Shown here: one piece after another, positions 48,764-58,038 of the stretch | Layout of the letters: the number at the start of each line of letters is the position of its first letter | Position numbering within the stretch: the first letter of the stretch is position 1 | Notes under the pieces: model-generated | What the model was told of the DNA's origin: nothing | Seen by the model: only the letters and a program-made list of their open reading frames with translations | Databases searched by the model: none | Program-made: the position numbers and the translations under genes | Virus record (IMG/VR): IMGVR_UViG_3300037472_000016 | Location: 31,216 to 95,215 of that record | Direction: 5' to 3' (one strand) | Length of the DNA: 64,000 bases | From: a virus

Positions 48764-49453
48764 TTATTTTTCGTACTGGCTTTTGCTGGGGAACATATCA
48801 AAAAGAATGTCTTTGCCCAGGGTAGCAAAAGACGCATCATTGCTAGATAGGTAAGGGCTAACTCCACTAAGGTAGTCGTATGAATGACTCATAGAGGAGC
48901 CACTCTCATACACCTTAATGTCCTTGGTTTCCTCTCCACCAATATCAAAGATGTTTCCGTAGGCAGTTCTTATCATAAGATAGTTTCTTCTTTGTGCCTC
49001 GTCTATTCCACTCTTGGTAATTTGCATGGGGACATGCATCTCGTAATCTATTGGATGCTGGTGACCAGAGGCTTTAAGTTTTCTATATGTAAGCATTAGC
49101 CTCTTTGTGTATGAACCCTGTGAAGAAAGTTTGGAGTACTGAGCAATCTTTTTTGAAAGAAGTCCTCCATTTAATACTGGGATGTTTGATAGTTTTTTTA
49201 TTGTAAAAAAGTCATCGTTCATCATAATGATGCTTTCTGAAACGTGTGGGTTAGACACTGCCGCTTTCCAGTTTGCTTTTGCATTCTCCTGTTTGCTTTG
49301 CTGCTGAGGCACCTCTATGTAGTCTCCTAGGTACCAGTCTGGCTTGCCCCCCACAACCCACACACGACCGCTGGGCAGGTTTTCAGCGGTAGCCCTAAGC
49401 GAATACCTAAGCTCTTCATTGTCACCATCACGACAGATATAAACGTAGTCCAT
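48764..49453 (-). CDS. Stealth-like sugar-phosphotransferase / glycosyltransferase
   Basis: MDYVY...NEELRYSLR...MMNDDFF...HVP resemble Stealth CR1/CR2 motifs. Confidence 0.6.
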   Translation of the reverse strand: MDYVYICRDGDNEELRYSLRATAENLPSGRVWVVGGKPDWYLGDYIEVPQQQSKQENAKANWKAAVSNPHVSESIIMMNDDFFTIKKLSNIPVLNGGLLSKKIAQYSKLSSQGSYTKRLMLTYRKLKASGHQHPIDYEMHVPMQITKSGIDEAQRRNYLMIRTAYGNIFDIGGEETKDIKVYESGSSMSHSYDYLSGVSPYLSSNDASFATLGKDILFDMFPSKSQYEK

Positions 49454-49488
49454 ACTCTAATTTTATCACAGTGCTATACTTGTCTTAT

Positions 49489-49743
49489 ATGTTGAAGGCA
49501 TCTGAATACCTCCCTGTACTGAGACGGTACAAAGAGAGTAGCGGCTGCATGGATTGTCACGCTGAATACCCCCATTACATGCTAGAGTTCGATCACAGGC
49601 CGGAACACAAGAAGCTTGACAACGTTTACAGGGTCTTGAAGAAGTATGGAGTTGACATGGCGTGGAAAGAGATATCCAAGTGTGATGTGGTCTGTGCTAA
49701 TTGTCACAAGATCAGGACATGGCAACGACTTGAAGATTCTTAA
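49489..49743 (+). CDS. Small HNH endonuclease
   Basis: CMDC...LEFDH...EISKCDVVCANCH. Confidence 0.8.
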   Translation: MLKASEYLPVLRRYKESSGCMDCHAEYPHYMLEFDHRPEHKKLDNVYRVLKKYGVDMAWKEISKCDVVCANCHKIRTWQRLEDS

Positions 49744-49776
49744 TATGTTTGGTACACTTGTAACATAACTAAACAT

Positions 49777-50098
49777 GGGAGTGACAGGTTTCGATTGGTC
49801 ACATAGACCGAGGGAAGCACGCAGCGCTGGGTAGCGCTTTAGAAATTGCTCAAACCAAATAAGTGCAAGCAACCAAAGCACATACGCTCTAGCTGCCTAA
49901 CAGTGGCTCCAGCACCCAATTAGCAGTGGTTTCGCTGGGCAATTGGTTCTTTAAATAATGAAGCAACGCCTTACCTTTGAACCAGTTTGTGCATTAGGGT
50001 TAGTACATATGCACGATGTAACACAGAACTAACTAAGCGTGTAGAAGACTCGTAACATTTGTTCCAAGACGGGGTTTCGACTACCCCCACTTCCACCA
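49777..50098 (+). ncRNA. ssrA: tmRNA; tag reading frame ASNQSTYALAA* (49865-49900)
   Basis: 5' GGGAGTGACAGGTTTCGA; 3' GACGGGGTTTCGACTACCCCCACTTCCACCA; G3-U70 pair; AATAAGT-GCA resume context. Confidence 0.93.
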
Positions 50099-50105
50099 AC
50101 AGAAC

Positions 50106-50137
50106 AGGCCCCCAGGTATTCTCCTAGGGGCCTTTCT
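50106..50137. terminator. Terminator between convergent units
   Basis: AGGCCCC-CAGG...CCT-A-GGGGCCT then TTCT. Confidence 0.65.
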
Positions 50138-50175
50138 GCTTGTTTAAGCTGTTTATCACTTAGGGGGGAAGTCTT

Positions 50176-50808
50176 TTATCCGCCCAACACAGTTAGAGAG
50201 CTTCTTCTGTGGGCGACTGTTGTGTCTGTTGCTTTTCCATCTCGGTAAAGGGTGATGACAACAGCAGGATTTTCTGCGGTACCGCTAATATCAAAGTCTG
50301 TTCCAGGAACCTTATAAGAGCCACTAGAGATAAGCCTACGAACCTTGCCAGTAGCCCTACCACCAGAGCTATTCCAAGAAACCATTTGGCCAGCCCTTAC
50401 GCTTTCGGCCTTAAAGACTTCTGACAGTTGCTTGACATTGGTGTGGTCTGTTCCAAAATTAGAGAATAACATTTTTTCTTCATTCCTTTTCACTATAGAT
50501 TTTGACCAGGCAAAACCTGGGTCTCCTCCCCAAGCTTCCCACATTATTCTGCCGTTGCTTGGATTGGATGTGTTGTAAAAGTCTTTTCCTTTTTTGTCAA
50601 CTTCGTGACGAGCAAAGAACGAATACATTCTTTTTACTACACTGAGAGACATGGACCTTCCAGAAGCAATATCTGTTGCTCTGCCCCAGCCAACTGGTGT
50701 CCCAGCCCCTGTGGATTTACCTTCTTGCTTCCATTTTAAAGCACGCTTCGCCGCCGCTTTCATTCCCTCAACAGGGAAATAAGATTCTGCTTTTGAAAAG
50801 TTACTCAC
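50176..50808 (-). CDS. Two-domain protein resembling head-associated phage proteins (W..WGGD.G helical domain + Tudor/SH3-like domain)
   Basis: GTG start overlaps the upstream stop; GTPVGWGRA...RMYSFFARH...SNGRIMWEAWGGDPG; GQMVSWNSSGG. Confidence 0.6.
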   Translation of the reverse strand: MSNFSKAESYFPVEGMKAAAKRALKWKQEGKSTGAGTPVGWGRATDIASGRSMSLSVVKRMYSFFARHEVDKKGKDFYNTSNPSNGRIMWEAWGGDPGFAWSKSIVKRNEEKMLFSNFGTDHTNVKQLSEVFKAESVRAGQMVSWNSSGGRATGKVRRLISSGSYKVPGTDFDISGTAENPAVVITLYRDGKATDTTVAHRRSSLTVLGG

Positions 50809-51247
50809 TTCTAAATACTTCTGTAAGTCTTTGAGCCTTGGTGTGATCTGTTCCGAATCCATAAAACATTTCAGTACTCTTTGCAGGCTCGGCACCCATC
50901 GTCATGGCATCATCTTCTTCATCAATAAACTCAACAGGGGTAGCCTTGTCAGACGAGCACAGAATGTATTCATCACAGCCATACCATTCTCCGTCTTCGT
51001 CCTGCTTAAAAACTCTAATGAATAGTGCTGGGTTTTCTTCGGAGGCCTGGACTGTCATTTCATCACCAGGTTGACCAACAGAGCCAGCAGTCATAACGTG
51101 GACCACTTGTCCAACCACAGTTTTTTCGTCTCCATAGGAGGCTAATACAAAGCCACCTTCTTCAAGCATCATCTTCTCCATACCGTCTTTGTTCTTCATA
51201 CGGTAGGACTTTCGTTTCTTTTTCTTGTCATAGTCTGAATAGGTCAT
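50801..51247 (-). CDS. Hypothetical protein, paralogous to the C-terminal domain of 50176..50808
   Basis: Shared GS...PG......ENPA and FGTDHT motifs; TGATATAAT 5 nt upstream. Confidence 0.6.
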   Translation of the reverse strand: MTYSDYDKKKKRKSYRMKNKDGMEKMMLEEGGFVLASYGDEKTVVGQVVHVMTAGSVGQPGDEMTVQASEENPALFIRVFKQDEDGEWYGCDEYILCSSDKATPVEFIDEEDDAMTMGAEPAKSTEMFYGFGTDHTKAQRLTEVFRSE

Positions 51248-51311
51248 AGTTTATTATATCAGAACATTGTCGGTTGCAGACGCAACAAAAAAGTTTAGCT
51301 AGGGTATGCCA

Positions 51312-51479
51312 TTACCCGTTTTCGATTATTTCAATGAGGTCGTAACCAAGGGTAGAGAAAAACCTATCTGCCTCTACACCAAAGTAGAAGTCTCTTATCT
51401 CTTCTTCTTCAATCATAGACACGAGTATGTTTACAATTCTAGCCTTTTCGTCAACGACCCCATCAAGATAATCTTTCAT
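51312..51479 (-). CDS. Small hypothetical protein (55 aa)
   Basis: MKDYLDGVVDEKARIVNIL...; TGGTAGTAT 6 nt upstream. Confidence 0.5.
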   Translation of the reverse strand: MKDYLDGVVDEKARIVNILVSMIEEEEIRDFYFGVEADRFFSTLGYDLIEIIENG

Positions 51480-51619
51480 ATATCTATACTACCAGGTCTT
51501 CTAGAACTAATCCAACAATCTTATCTGCCAGCAAAAACGGGGTAGGGCATTCTGGGTCTAAGCAATCACATGGGCAATGCTTCTTTAGAACTTCCATAAC
51601 TTTGTTTACAGCATCTAGT

Positions 51620-51766
51620 CTATACAATGTCTTCCCATTCTCCTATATCCCTTGACTGAACGGTGTGCCCAAGAACCAAAAGCTTTTGAGCAAAGTGCTC
51701 GTCAATCATGGGGTTTGCATGTGGAATAAATTTGGTTACCTTGTTCAGGATTCTATATTCTTTCAT
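51620..51766 (-). CDS. Small hypothetical protein (48 aa)
   Basis: MKEYRILNK...IGEWEDIV. Confidence 0.4.
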   Translation of the reverse strand: MKEYRILNKVTKFIPHANPMIDEHFAQKLLVLGHTVQSRDIGEWEDIV

Positions 51767-51797
51767 GTTCCAATTCTCTCACACTTTACCGTAAAGT

Positions 51798-52292
51798 TCA
51801 AGGCTTTTCCTCTTTGCTTCTTAATGCCGTACCACCAATAATAAGGGCACAGGAGATGATTACAAGGTTCTTAATTATGTACTGACCCTCAAGGGTAAGT
51901 CCAAAAGGAAAAACGGTAAAGCAAACTGCGGGAAGAAGAATCAATGGCAAGAACGTAGCAGGCATTTGAGGTGCCAAAAGAAGTAACGCCACTCTGGTTA
52001 GGGGTGGAAAGAGAAAAGCCAATCCAATTGCAACTTCCCAAAGCCCAATTAGTGGAATGATTATTTCGGGGGTAAGCCAATAAATCGTGGCAGCAACTAA
52101 GTCATAGGCTGGACTAAGCTCTCCAAACATCTTAAGAGCACCAAACCAAACAAAGATTACTCCAATAGAAAACCTAGCAAACTTAATGCCAAAATTATCC
52201 ATTGTCCATACGACTAGACGATCAAAACCCTGGGTCAGTTCTTTTAGACGCGCCCTAATCAATCTTTGACCCAAGAGCCTGGACTGATTCAA
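51798..52292 (-). CDS. DoxX-family membrane protein
   Basis: RFSIGVIFVWFGALK...GLWEVAIG...TLEGQYIIKNLV; true start is probably downstream of 52292. Confidence 0.72.
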   Translation of the reverse strand: MNQSRLLGQRLIRARLKELTQGFDRLVVWTMDNFGIKFARFSIGVIFVWFGALKMFGELSPAYDLVAATIYWLTPEIIIPLIGLWEVAIGLAFLFPPLTRVALLLLAPQMPATFLPLILLPAVCFTVFPFGLTLEGQYIIKNLVIISCALIIGGTALRSKEEKP

Positions 52293-52536
52293 GTACGTCC
52301 TTAACGTCAGAAGAAGTTAGCCAGCCTATAACGTCATCAGTGATTCCCGTTACATAGCTGATTTCTCCAGTAGTGTCGAGCACAGCAATCTCATAGAGGT
52401 CTTCCGCTCCACCATAGGTGTGAGGGCCACGGATAACTGATGCTCCAAACCCGTTGGAAAATTTAAGAATGACTTGGGTTCCATCATTTATTTCGTGCTC
52501 AAGTATTACAAATTCTTTGAGACTTTCAGGTATCAT
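52255..52536 (-). CDS. Hypothetical phage protein
   Basis: FSNGFGASVI....YGG...LYEIAVL...DDVIGWL. Confidence 0.65.
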   Translation of the reverse strand: MIPESLKEFVILEHEINDGTQVILKFSNGFGASVIRGPHTYGGAEDLYEIAVLDTTGEISYVTGITDDVIGWLTSSDVKDVLESVQALGSKID

Positions 52537-52802
52537 TGCGTTTCCTTTCTGTAGGGGTTACTTTTTCGTTCCCAAGACATTTTGTTTCCCAGGAAAGATT
52601 TCTCGGACATGGCACCCTTCTTCCAGCCGCTTTCCCATGCGGCCTCTCTTGCTTCATCCAAAATCTTGTCTAGCCAACGGTCGAACTCAGCATCCCCGCG
52701 ATACCCGTCAATGCCGTAACTGGTGGGACTGGTTTGCACAAAACTACCGCAAGCGTGCACATCGCGCACCCGTTGCGTCGTCGGCGTGTAGTCGTTAGTC
52801 AT
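52533..52802 (-). CDS. Hypothetical protein
   Basis: YTPTT...EFDRWL...NPYRK; coupled. Confidence 0.6.
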   Translation of the reverse strand: MTNDYTPTTQRVRDVHACGSFVQTSPTSYGIDGYRGDAEFDRWLDKILDEAREAAWESGWKKGAMSEKSFLGNKMSWERKSNPYRKETQ

Positions 52803-53271
52803 GGGGTGCCTTTCTGTAGGGGTTCATTGGGGGTAGGCCAAAGCTTTCCTTGTTGTACCAGCGAAAATGACCAGCGTCTAGCCCAGCATACCAAGCCGTC
52901 TCTGCCACCTGCCGGTCGTGCTCTTCCTGAATCATTTCCGCACCAGTGTCCTTGCGGCGTCGAACGCGCTGCGTATTCGCTTCACAACACCTGTCGCACC
53001 TGCACCCATAATTATACGTGGACCCAGAGCCGCCGTGATTCCACGTAGACGGGTCCCCACGTGTTGCCCTTTTTCTATCAGGACCATCGCGCAAGGATGT
53101 AGCAAGGTGACCTTGCTGCCAAGCTATACTCGCAATTTTTTGGTCATGTTCGGCAAGCCACCGATCAAACAAAGCCTCACGCTCTTTGCTGTAATGTTCA
53201 GCATTCCCATCTCTGTACCAAGAAACATAGTGGCGAATGTCCCCGGTTGTCGGCATGGATTCTTCACTCAT
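52795..53271 (-). CDS. Hypothetical protein with an H...Y..GCRC..C Zn motif
   Basis: GGGAGG SD; paralogous to 52533..52802. Confidence 0.6.
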   Translation of the reverse strand: MSEESMPTTGDIRHYVSWYRDGNAEHYSKEREALFDRWLAEHDQKIASIAWQQGHLATSLRDGPDRKRATRGDPSTWNHGGSGSTYNYGCRCDRCCEANTQRVRRRKDTGAEMIQEEHDRQVAETAWYAGLDAGHFRWYNKESFGLPPMNPYRKAPHD

Positions 53272-53497
53272 TGTTGGCCTCCCAGCCTTTTCTTGCCAAA
53301 AAAGCAGCCCATGCCCGCCACTCCTTAACAGATTGTTCGGCATCTTCAACACTGGCATCATGGCTTGGCTGCACGACACCGTTTTTGTCAAAACAAATTT
53401 CTAAAGACCAAGAGCCAACACTGTAATATTGAACTTTGCCACCATCGCGCAGTGGATGTTCTCCATTAAAGGTTACATCTAAATTGTCGTCACTCAT
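53264..53497 (-). CDS. Hypothetical protein
   Basis: AAGGAGG SD; coupled. Confidence 0.55.
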   Translation of the reverse strand: MSDDNLDVTFNGEHPLRDGGKVQYYSVGSWSLEICFDKNGVVQPSHDASVEDAEQSVKEWRAWAAFLARKGWEANNE

Positions 53498-53750
53498 GGG
53501 GTGCCTCCTTCGTGAGCATGGCTGCCATTTCAGACTCAAGACGATCCGCAATGCAGTCGTACTCAGCGGCCCAAATTGTGTAACTGTCTGCAATCCGCCG
53601 CGCAATATGATCAGCCACGTGTCGGGTTCCGTAGTTCATGCGCAGCTCAAGACCACAACTTGCTGACAAGTGCAGGTCTCTCAAATCAGCGGCCTCATTA
53701 CGAGCGGTACGCGCCTGCTCGCGCTTGTATTCATAGTTTGCGATGCTCAT
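53490..53750 (-). CDS. Hypothetical protein
   Basis: ATGA overlap. Confidence 0.5.
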   Translation of the reverse strand: MSIANYEYKREQARTARNEAADLRDLHLSASCGLELRMNYGTRHVADHIARRIADSYTIWAAEYDCIADRLESEMAAMLTKEAPHE

Positions 53751-53929
53751 TCGTCTGCTTCTTTCTCTTTCGCCAGTTGCGCCATTTCGGTCATGGCTTG
53801 CAGTGTTGCCCAAATGCTCAAAACTTCGCCCTTATCGGGGTCTCTTGGCTCTGGCACCGCTGGGGCACCCTCCGATACCATATCCTGCTCGGAATCCAAA
53901 GGCTCATTGTCTTGTTCAATCATTGTCAT
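53747..53929 (-). CDS. Small acidic hypothetical protein
   Basis: GAGGAG SD. Confidence 0.45.
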   Translation of the reverse strand: MTMIEQDNEPLDSEQDMVSEGAPAVPEPRDPDKGEVLSIWATLQAMTEMAQLAKEKEADE

Positions 53930-54197
53930 TCTCCTCATCGATAGAAATAATTTCTGTAGACATATACCATCCGTCACTGCTAGAAACATACATAGACAGC
54001 CCCACAGCGGGCTTATCCATTTTCCAAATTGCGTCAACATCGAGCAGGCCATAAAAGTCATCAAAAGAAGAAATCTTGATTTTGCCCTTCCTGTCAAAGA
54101 AGAACATCTCTTGGATGCGCCAACTGATGCCACCATTCCTTGAAAAGTATCCGTCTTTAACCGTGTACTCTGAGCCTCTTTCTGTTGTAATCTTCAT
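53916..54197 (-). CDS. Hypothetical protein
   Basis: Leaderless; TAATAAT 6 nt upstream. Confidence 0.55.
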   Translation of the reverse strand: MKITTERGSEYTVKDGYFSRNGGISWRIQEMFFFDRKGKIKISSFDDFYGLLDVDAIWKMDKPAVGLSMYVSSSDGWYMSTEIISIDEENDND

Positions 54198-54228
54198 ACT
54201 GTAATTATTACATCAAAAGTACTCAGTG

Positions 54229-55284
54229 TCAAGACCTAGAGCAAATCTCTGCATTCTGCTTTAGTCGTTCATTACTTGGCTCTAGAAGCCACGCAGTTGT
54301 TGAATAAGCCTTTGCTCTGTCAAGCATTCCTAGGTTGTGAGCAGCAATTGCGGCAAAGTCATAAGGGGCAAAGCCCCAAGCCTCAGCCTCACACAGATAG
54401 TCCAAAGGCTTTTCCTTTATGTCTAAAGCCTTTTCAGAGGCCTCAAGGCACTCTTCCCATCTGGACTCTTGGTAGTAGAGGGATGCAAGATCGACTAAAG
54501 GCTCTCTCCTGCCTGGTGATTCTTTTTCTGCAAGCTCTAGCCATTGCTCTGCCTGGTCTGGCAAACATTTTGCAACCAGCCTCATCGATGCCCCTCGCTC
54601 TGGTGCCCATACTGCCGAGGGTAGCGCAAGATGCCTCAACAACTCCTTTGCAGCATCTTGATATTGACCATAGAAGTACAGTTCTCTACCATAGTAGAAG
54701 GCGTTTCTGTCATCATAGGGGTCTTCCTTTGTAGCTATCTCCAGAAGTGGTAGATATGAAGAGCGACTCTTCGTGTTGTCTGGGTGATGATGGATTTCAA
54801 AGTCACACCATCCATGCTTTTCTTCAAGCCTATCCGTAACCATGACCTCATGGACAGGATGCTTCCATCGGTATCCAGAACGAGAATGAATCTTGTCGCC
54901 AGAATACTCTAGGCCAGGGATAGTCTCTTCTGCATCATTCCATGACCAGGTGTATTTGTATCGTGGTCGAGTAACACCGTCAGCAAGGCAAGCCTCAAGA
55001 GAAGGCCTCCAGTCGCCAACAACAACTTCATCCATATCCAAAGCAATGCAGTAGTCAATGTCCGAGGGTATGCTCAGCAGAGCGGCATCTCTGGCCCTAT
55101 CAAACCTCCAAGGCTTAACAGAAACGTTAATGACGTTGATGCCAAGGCTTCTTGCCACCTCCACGGTATTGTCAGAGCTACCAGTATCAGCAATAAGAAT
55201 ATAGTCTGCATCCTTAACAGAATCATACCATCTTTCTACAAACTGTTCCTCATTAAGTGCAATGGTGTACACAGCAACCTTCAT
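54229..55284 (-). CDS. GT2 glycosyltransferase with TPR repeats
   Basis: IALNEE, DTGSSDNT, FDRARD, LDMDE (DxD), W.HPVHE, followed by TPR helices. Confidence 0.88.
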   Translation of the reverse strand: MKVAVYTIALNEEQFVERWYDSVKDADYILIADTGSSDNTVEVARSLGINVINVSVKPWRFDRARDAALLSIPSDIDYCIALDMDEVVVGDWRPSLEACLADGVTRPRYKYTWSWNDAEETIPGLEYSGDKIHSRSGYRWKHPVHEVMVTDRLEEKHGWCDFEIHHHPDNTKSRSSYLPLLEIATKEDPYDDRNAFYYGRELYFYGQYQDAAKELLRHLALPSAVWAPERGASMRLVAKCLPDQAEQWLELAEKESPGRREPLVDLASLYYQESRWEECLEASEKALDIKEKPLDYLCEAEAWGFAPYDFAAIAAHNLGMLDRAKAYSTTAWLLEPSNERLKQNAEICSRS

Positions 55285-55505
55285 ATGCGTTCCGATCTTT
55301 CTATGAGTTCAATCTTAAACTTTGGGTATACGGAGTTAAAGTATTCTTCGTTTTGAGCCATACATATTGTTCCCATAAAGGAAATCACGTAACTGCCCCA
55401 AGGGTCTGCGAACACACGCAGAGGTTGAAACTTAAATCCCGTATCCCTGTGTGACACCTGAACCTTGTCGCCTGGATAGTAGTTCACTGCTGGGGTTCTC
55501 CTCAT
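55281..55505 (-). CDS. Hypothetical protein
   Basis: Coupled to the GT2 start; its own start is uncertain. Confidence 0.4.
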   Translation of the reverse strand: MRRTPAVNYYPGDKVQVSHRDTGFKFQPLRVFADPWGSYVISFMGTICMAQNEEYFNSVYPKFKIELIERSERI

Positions 55506-55602
55506 TGTTACTCTTGTAAAAAACTCTGTTACCTTATCATACCAAAACATCGGCGGTATACCAACTCTTGACTTACACCTCACCGTACTATAGAATAGCA
55601 CT

Positions 55603-55851
55603 ATGGTAAAAACAAAGTCAGGCAAGGTCCCTAGTGGATGGTGCATCACAGGACACCACCCTGGATGCCCCAAAGACTTTGCACATGGAACGTGTGTATG
55701 TGATTGCCACAGCGAGAGGAAGAGTCCTCGGGTGGCTTCTCCAGAGATTAAGAAGAACATCGAAAAGAAAGCACTCCCTACGCCTAGGCCCAGTATTGAG
55801 CCTGAGACAAAGAGAGATAGTCTTTCATCCATTATCCGTAAAATGAGATAG
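55603..55851 (+). CDS. Small Cys/His protein
   Basis: TTGACT...TAGAAT promoter ending 6 nt before the ATG; SGWCITGHH.GC...CVCDCH. Confidence 0.55.
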   Translation: MVKTKSGKVPSGWCITGHHPGCPKDFAHGTCVCDCHSERKSPRVASPEIKKNIEKKALPTPRPSIEPETKRDSLSSIIRKMR

Positions 55852-56190
55852 CGACAGCAAGTTTCGTCGCGGTAAAGTTCGGAGAGAAAATGATTTTATC
55901 CACAAACAATACAAATGTACCACGTATCCCCAAACACCTAAAGGATGAACCATCCAAAAAAGATATGGGCAAAACATATAGGTACCCAGTATCCTATCCA
56001 ACACGCAGCATTAAACGCCATGCCAACGCCAGTACCAAGAGCCTGTATATGATTCTGGCTCCTACGGCGTACATCGCTGCTGTCATCGCTGCTGATAGAA
56101 ATCTACATCTTCGGTCTTGGACATGGAGAGAGTCGGAAGATGTGGGGGTATTTATTAATGAAAAATATATCAATAGGGCACCCAGGAGTA

Positions 56191-56439
56191 ATGATGAATA
56201 GAAGGATTGAACCAGGAGACATTGGCCATACCGTTGAGGCCAAGGTCTTCAACAGGCAAGACAAAATTGTATCAACAAGTGTAGGAGTGCTTTCTGCCTA
56301 TATGGATACAAAGGAAGTCACCTATATCTTCTTTAAACATTGTCACACACCTGTCTCCTTTGACACAAAGCTCTTCTATGTCAGGATTACACGGCACCCT
56401 ATTTTCGGGGGCACAGAAGGCGTTCCCTTTACCAAATAG
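56191..56439 (+). CDS. Hypothetical protein
   Basis: CAGGAG SD. Confidence 0.5.
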   Translation: MMNRRIEPGDIGHTVEAKVFNRQDKIVSTSVGVLSAYMDTKEVTYIFFKHCHTPVSFDTKLFYVRITRHPIFGGTEGVPFTK

Positions 56440-57480
56440 TATAACTATTCCTATAGTAAGGAACACTCTATGTTGATAGGTTGATAGCCTGGATAGCTGG
56501 ATAGCTCCTATAAGAGACTAGCCTTCAAGATGGATACTGTGTACCGCGAATATTTTATACCGTGGATACTTTATACCCCAAAAATATACACTATTTGTTG
56601 ATTTATATGGTGTGTAGGGGTGAAATTGATTAGTGTTTGTGTTACTGTGGGTGTATTGTTTTGATGGAGTAGATGTTTGAGTAGTATATTGGAGTAATTG
56701 AGTGACCAATATCGTAGATCGTAATCAAATCTTACAAACATTTCCTTCTCCCTATACAAACTAACCAGCCAAACACCTAAACACTAGTCACTATGCTCAA
56801 ATAGCATCTATCTCCTTATACTGTGTTTTATACTATACGAAATTGGTATAATTTGGTCAATAAATACCCTGGAAAAAATACAATAACCTATACCAAATAC
56901 TCACAAACACTATACAAACTAGCCTAAAGCTTATCTAATATATACCTTATAGGTGCATTTGTGATAAGTGTTTATACTATGGGGAAAGTGTATCAAGTTT
57001 GTCTTTGATACCCCGAAAAAACCGGGGCATTGTCTTGACCAAATACATACTCATAGCAAGGGATGTATCCTGCCTAATGGATAGCCCCCAATGTGCCCAA
57101 TGCAAATCCTGGGAAAAAATAAGTGTTCTTCTTAATGGTGTTTATACTATAGAGAATTGGTACCTAATCGTTATACCGGGGCAAATAGACAGATAGTTTT
57201 ATTTGTGATGTTCGGGGGTATTAACGAAAAGGATTAGTCATTAACCATAGTGCTATACCACACACTAGTATGATAATAAAGAACTCCATGATGTTCCTTT
57301 CTGATATTCTGGGGAAAAATATTTGATGATCGTAATGTATTTTGATTTTGAGAGAATCCCGGATAAATGCTGGGAAAAAATTTGATTCGTTCTTAATGTA
57401 TTTATTTTTTTATATTTATGCTTCCTGAGTGTTTGCTGGGCGTGCCCGGCCCTGCGGCTCCCTTGCGGGAACCACAGACC
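56440..57480. other. ~1 kb AT-rich non-coding region (candidate origin or control region)
   Basis: No credible ORF; GTGTTT(T)ATACTAT x3; three CTGGG-N-TCNTAA motifs; local skew flip. Confidence 0.55.
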
Positions 57481-57747
57481 CTAGGCGAAGTCTTTAACGA
57501 AACGCCCTAGCACATCATCTACAGTGTCTGCAACATAAGCAGCGTGCCAGCCACTAGACAAACGATCACGCTGTGACAATGCATGATACTCAGAGTCCAT
57601 CTTCCAAATCATGATATCACCATAGCTGTCAGGCTCACCAGTCATTGAATTGTACTTGCCGATTACCTCTGCCCATGCGTGCCAGCGGTAAGCCTCTACC
57701 TCACGCTCTTTGTTCTCTTTGCCGATAATGCTAACACCTAAGTACAT
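57481..57747 (-). CDS. Hypothetical protein
   Basis: Tightly packed minus-strand ORF. Confidence 0.55.
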   Translation of the reverse strand: MYLGVSIIGKENKEREVEAYRWHAWAEVIGKYNSMTGEPDSYGDIMIWKMDSEYHALSQRDRLSSGWHAAYVADTVDDVLGRFVKDFA

Positions 57748-57750
57748 GGT

Positions 57751-58038
57751 CTACTCTTCATCCTCTTCGTCGTCTGCATTCTCATCAAGTAAAATCTGTC
57801 CCAGACTTGAGAAGCCAATGTCCTCCGCATCTACCGCGAGAAGAAACAAATTGAATGCCTCCTGCACATGAGCAGATGCCCTGTCAGTCAACTCCACAAT
57901 GCCGTAGTCGATAGCGAATGCAAGAGGGAATGCAATGTCTGCATACTCAAACAGAGCCTCGAACGCTTCCTGGTCTCGGTAGTCAACCCACAACTCACTG
58001 AGAATCTTTACCTGTGACTCAATGGGGGTGATATTCAT
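57751..58038 (-). CDS. Hypothetical acidic protein
   Basis: ILSELW..YRD...F...F.Y.D..FPLA. Confidence 0.6.
   Translation of the reverse strand: MNITPIESQVKILSELWVDYRDQEAFEALFEYADIAFPLAFAIDYGIVELTDRASAHVQEAFNLFLLAVDAEDIGFSSLGQILLDENADDEEDEE

Noticed and set aside
56518-57196. Short ORFs in the AT-rich region
   Set aside because: Low-complexity translations with no SD or promoter support; more consistent with non-coding DNA.
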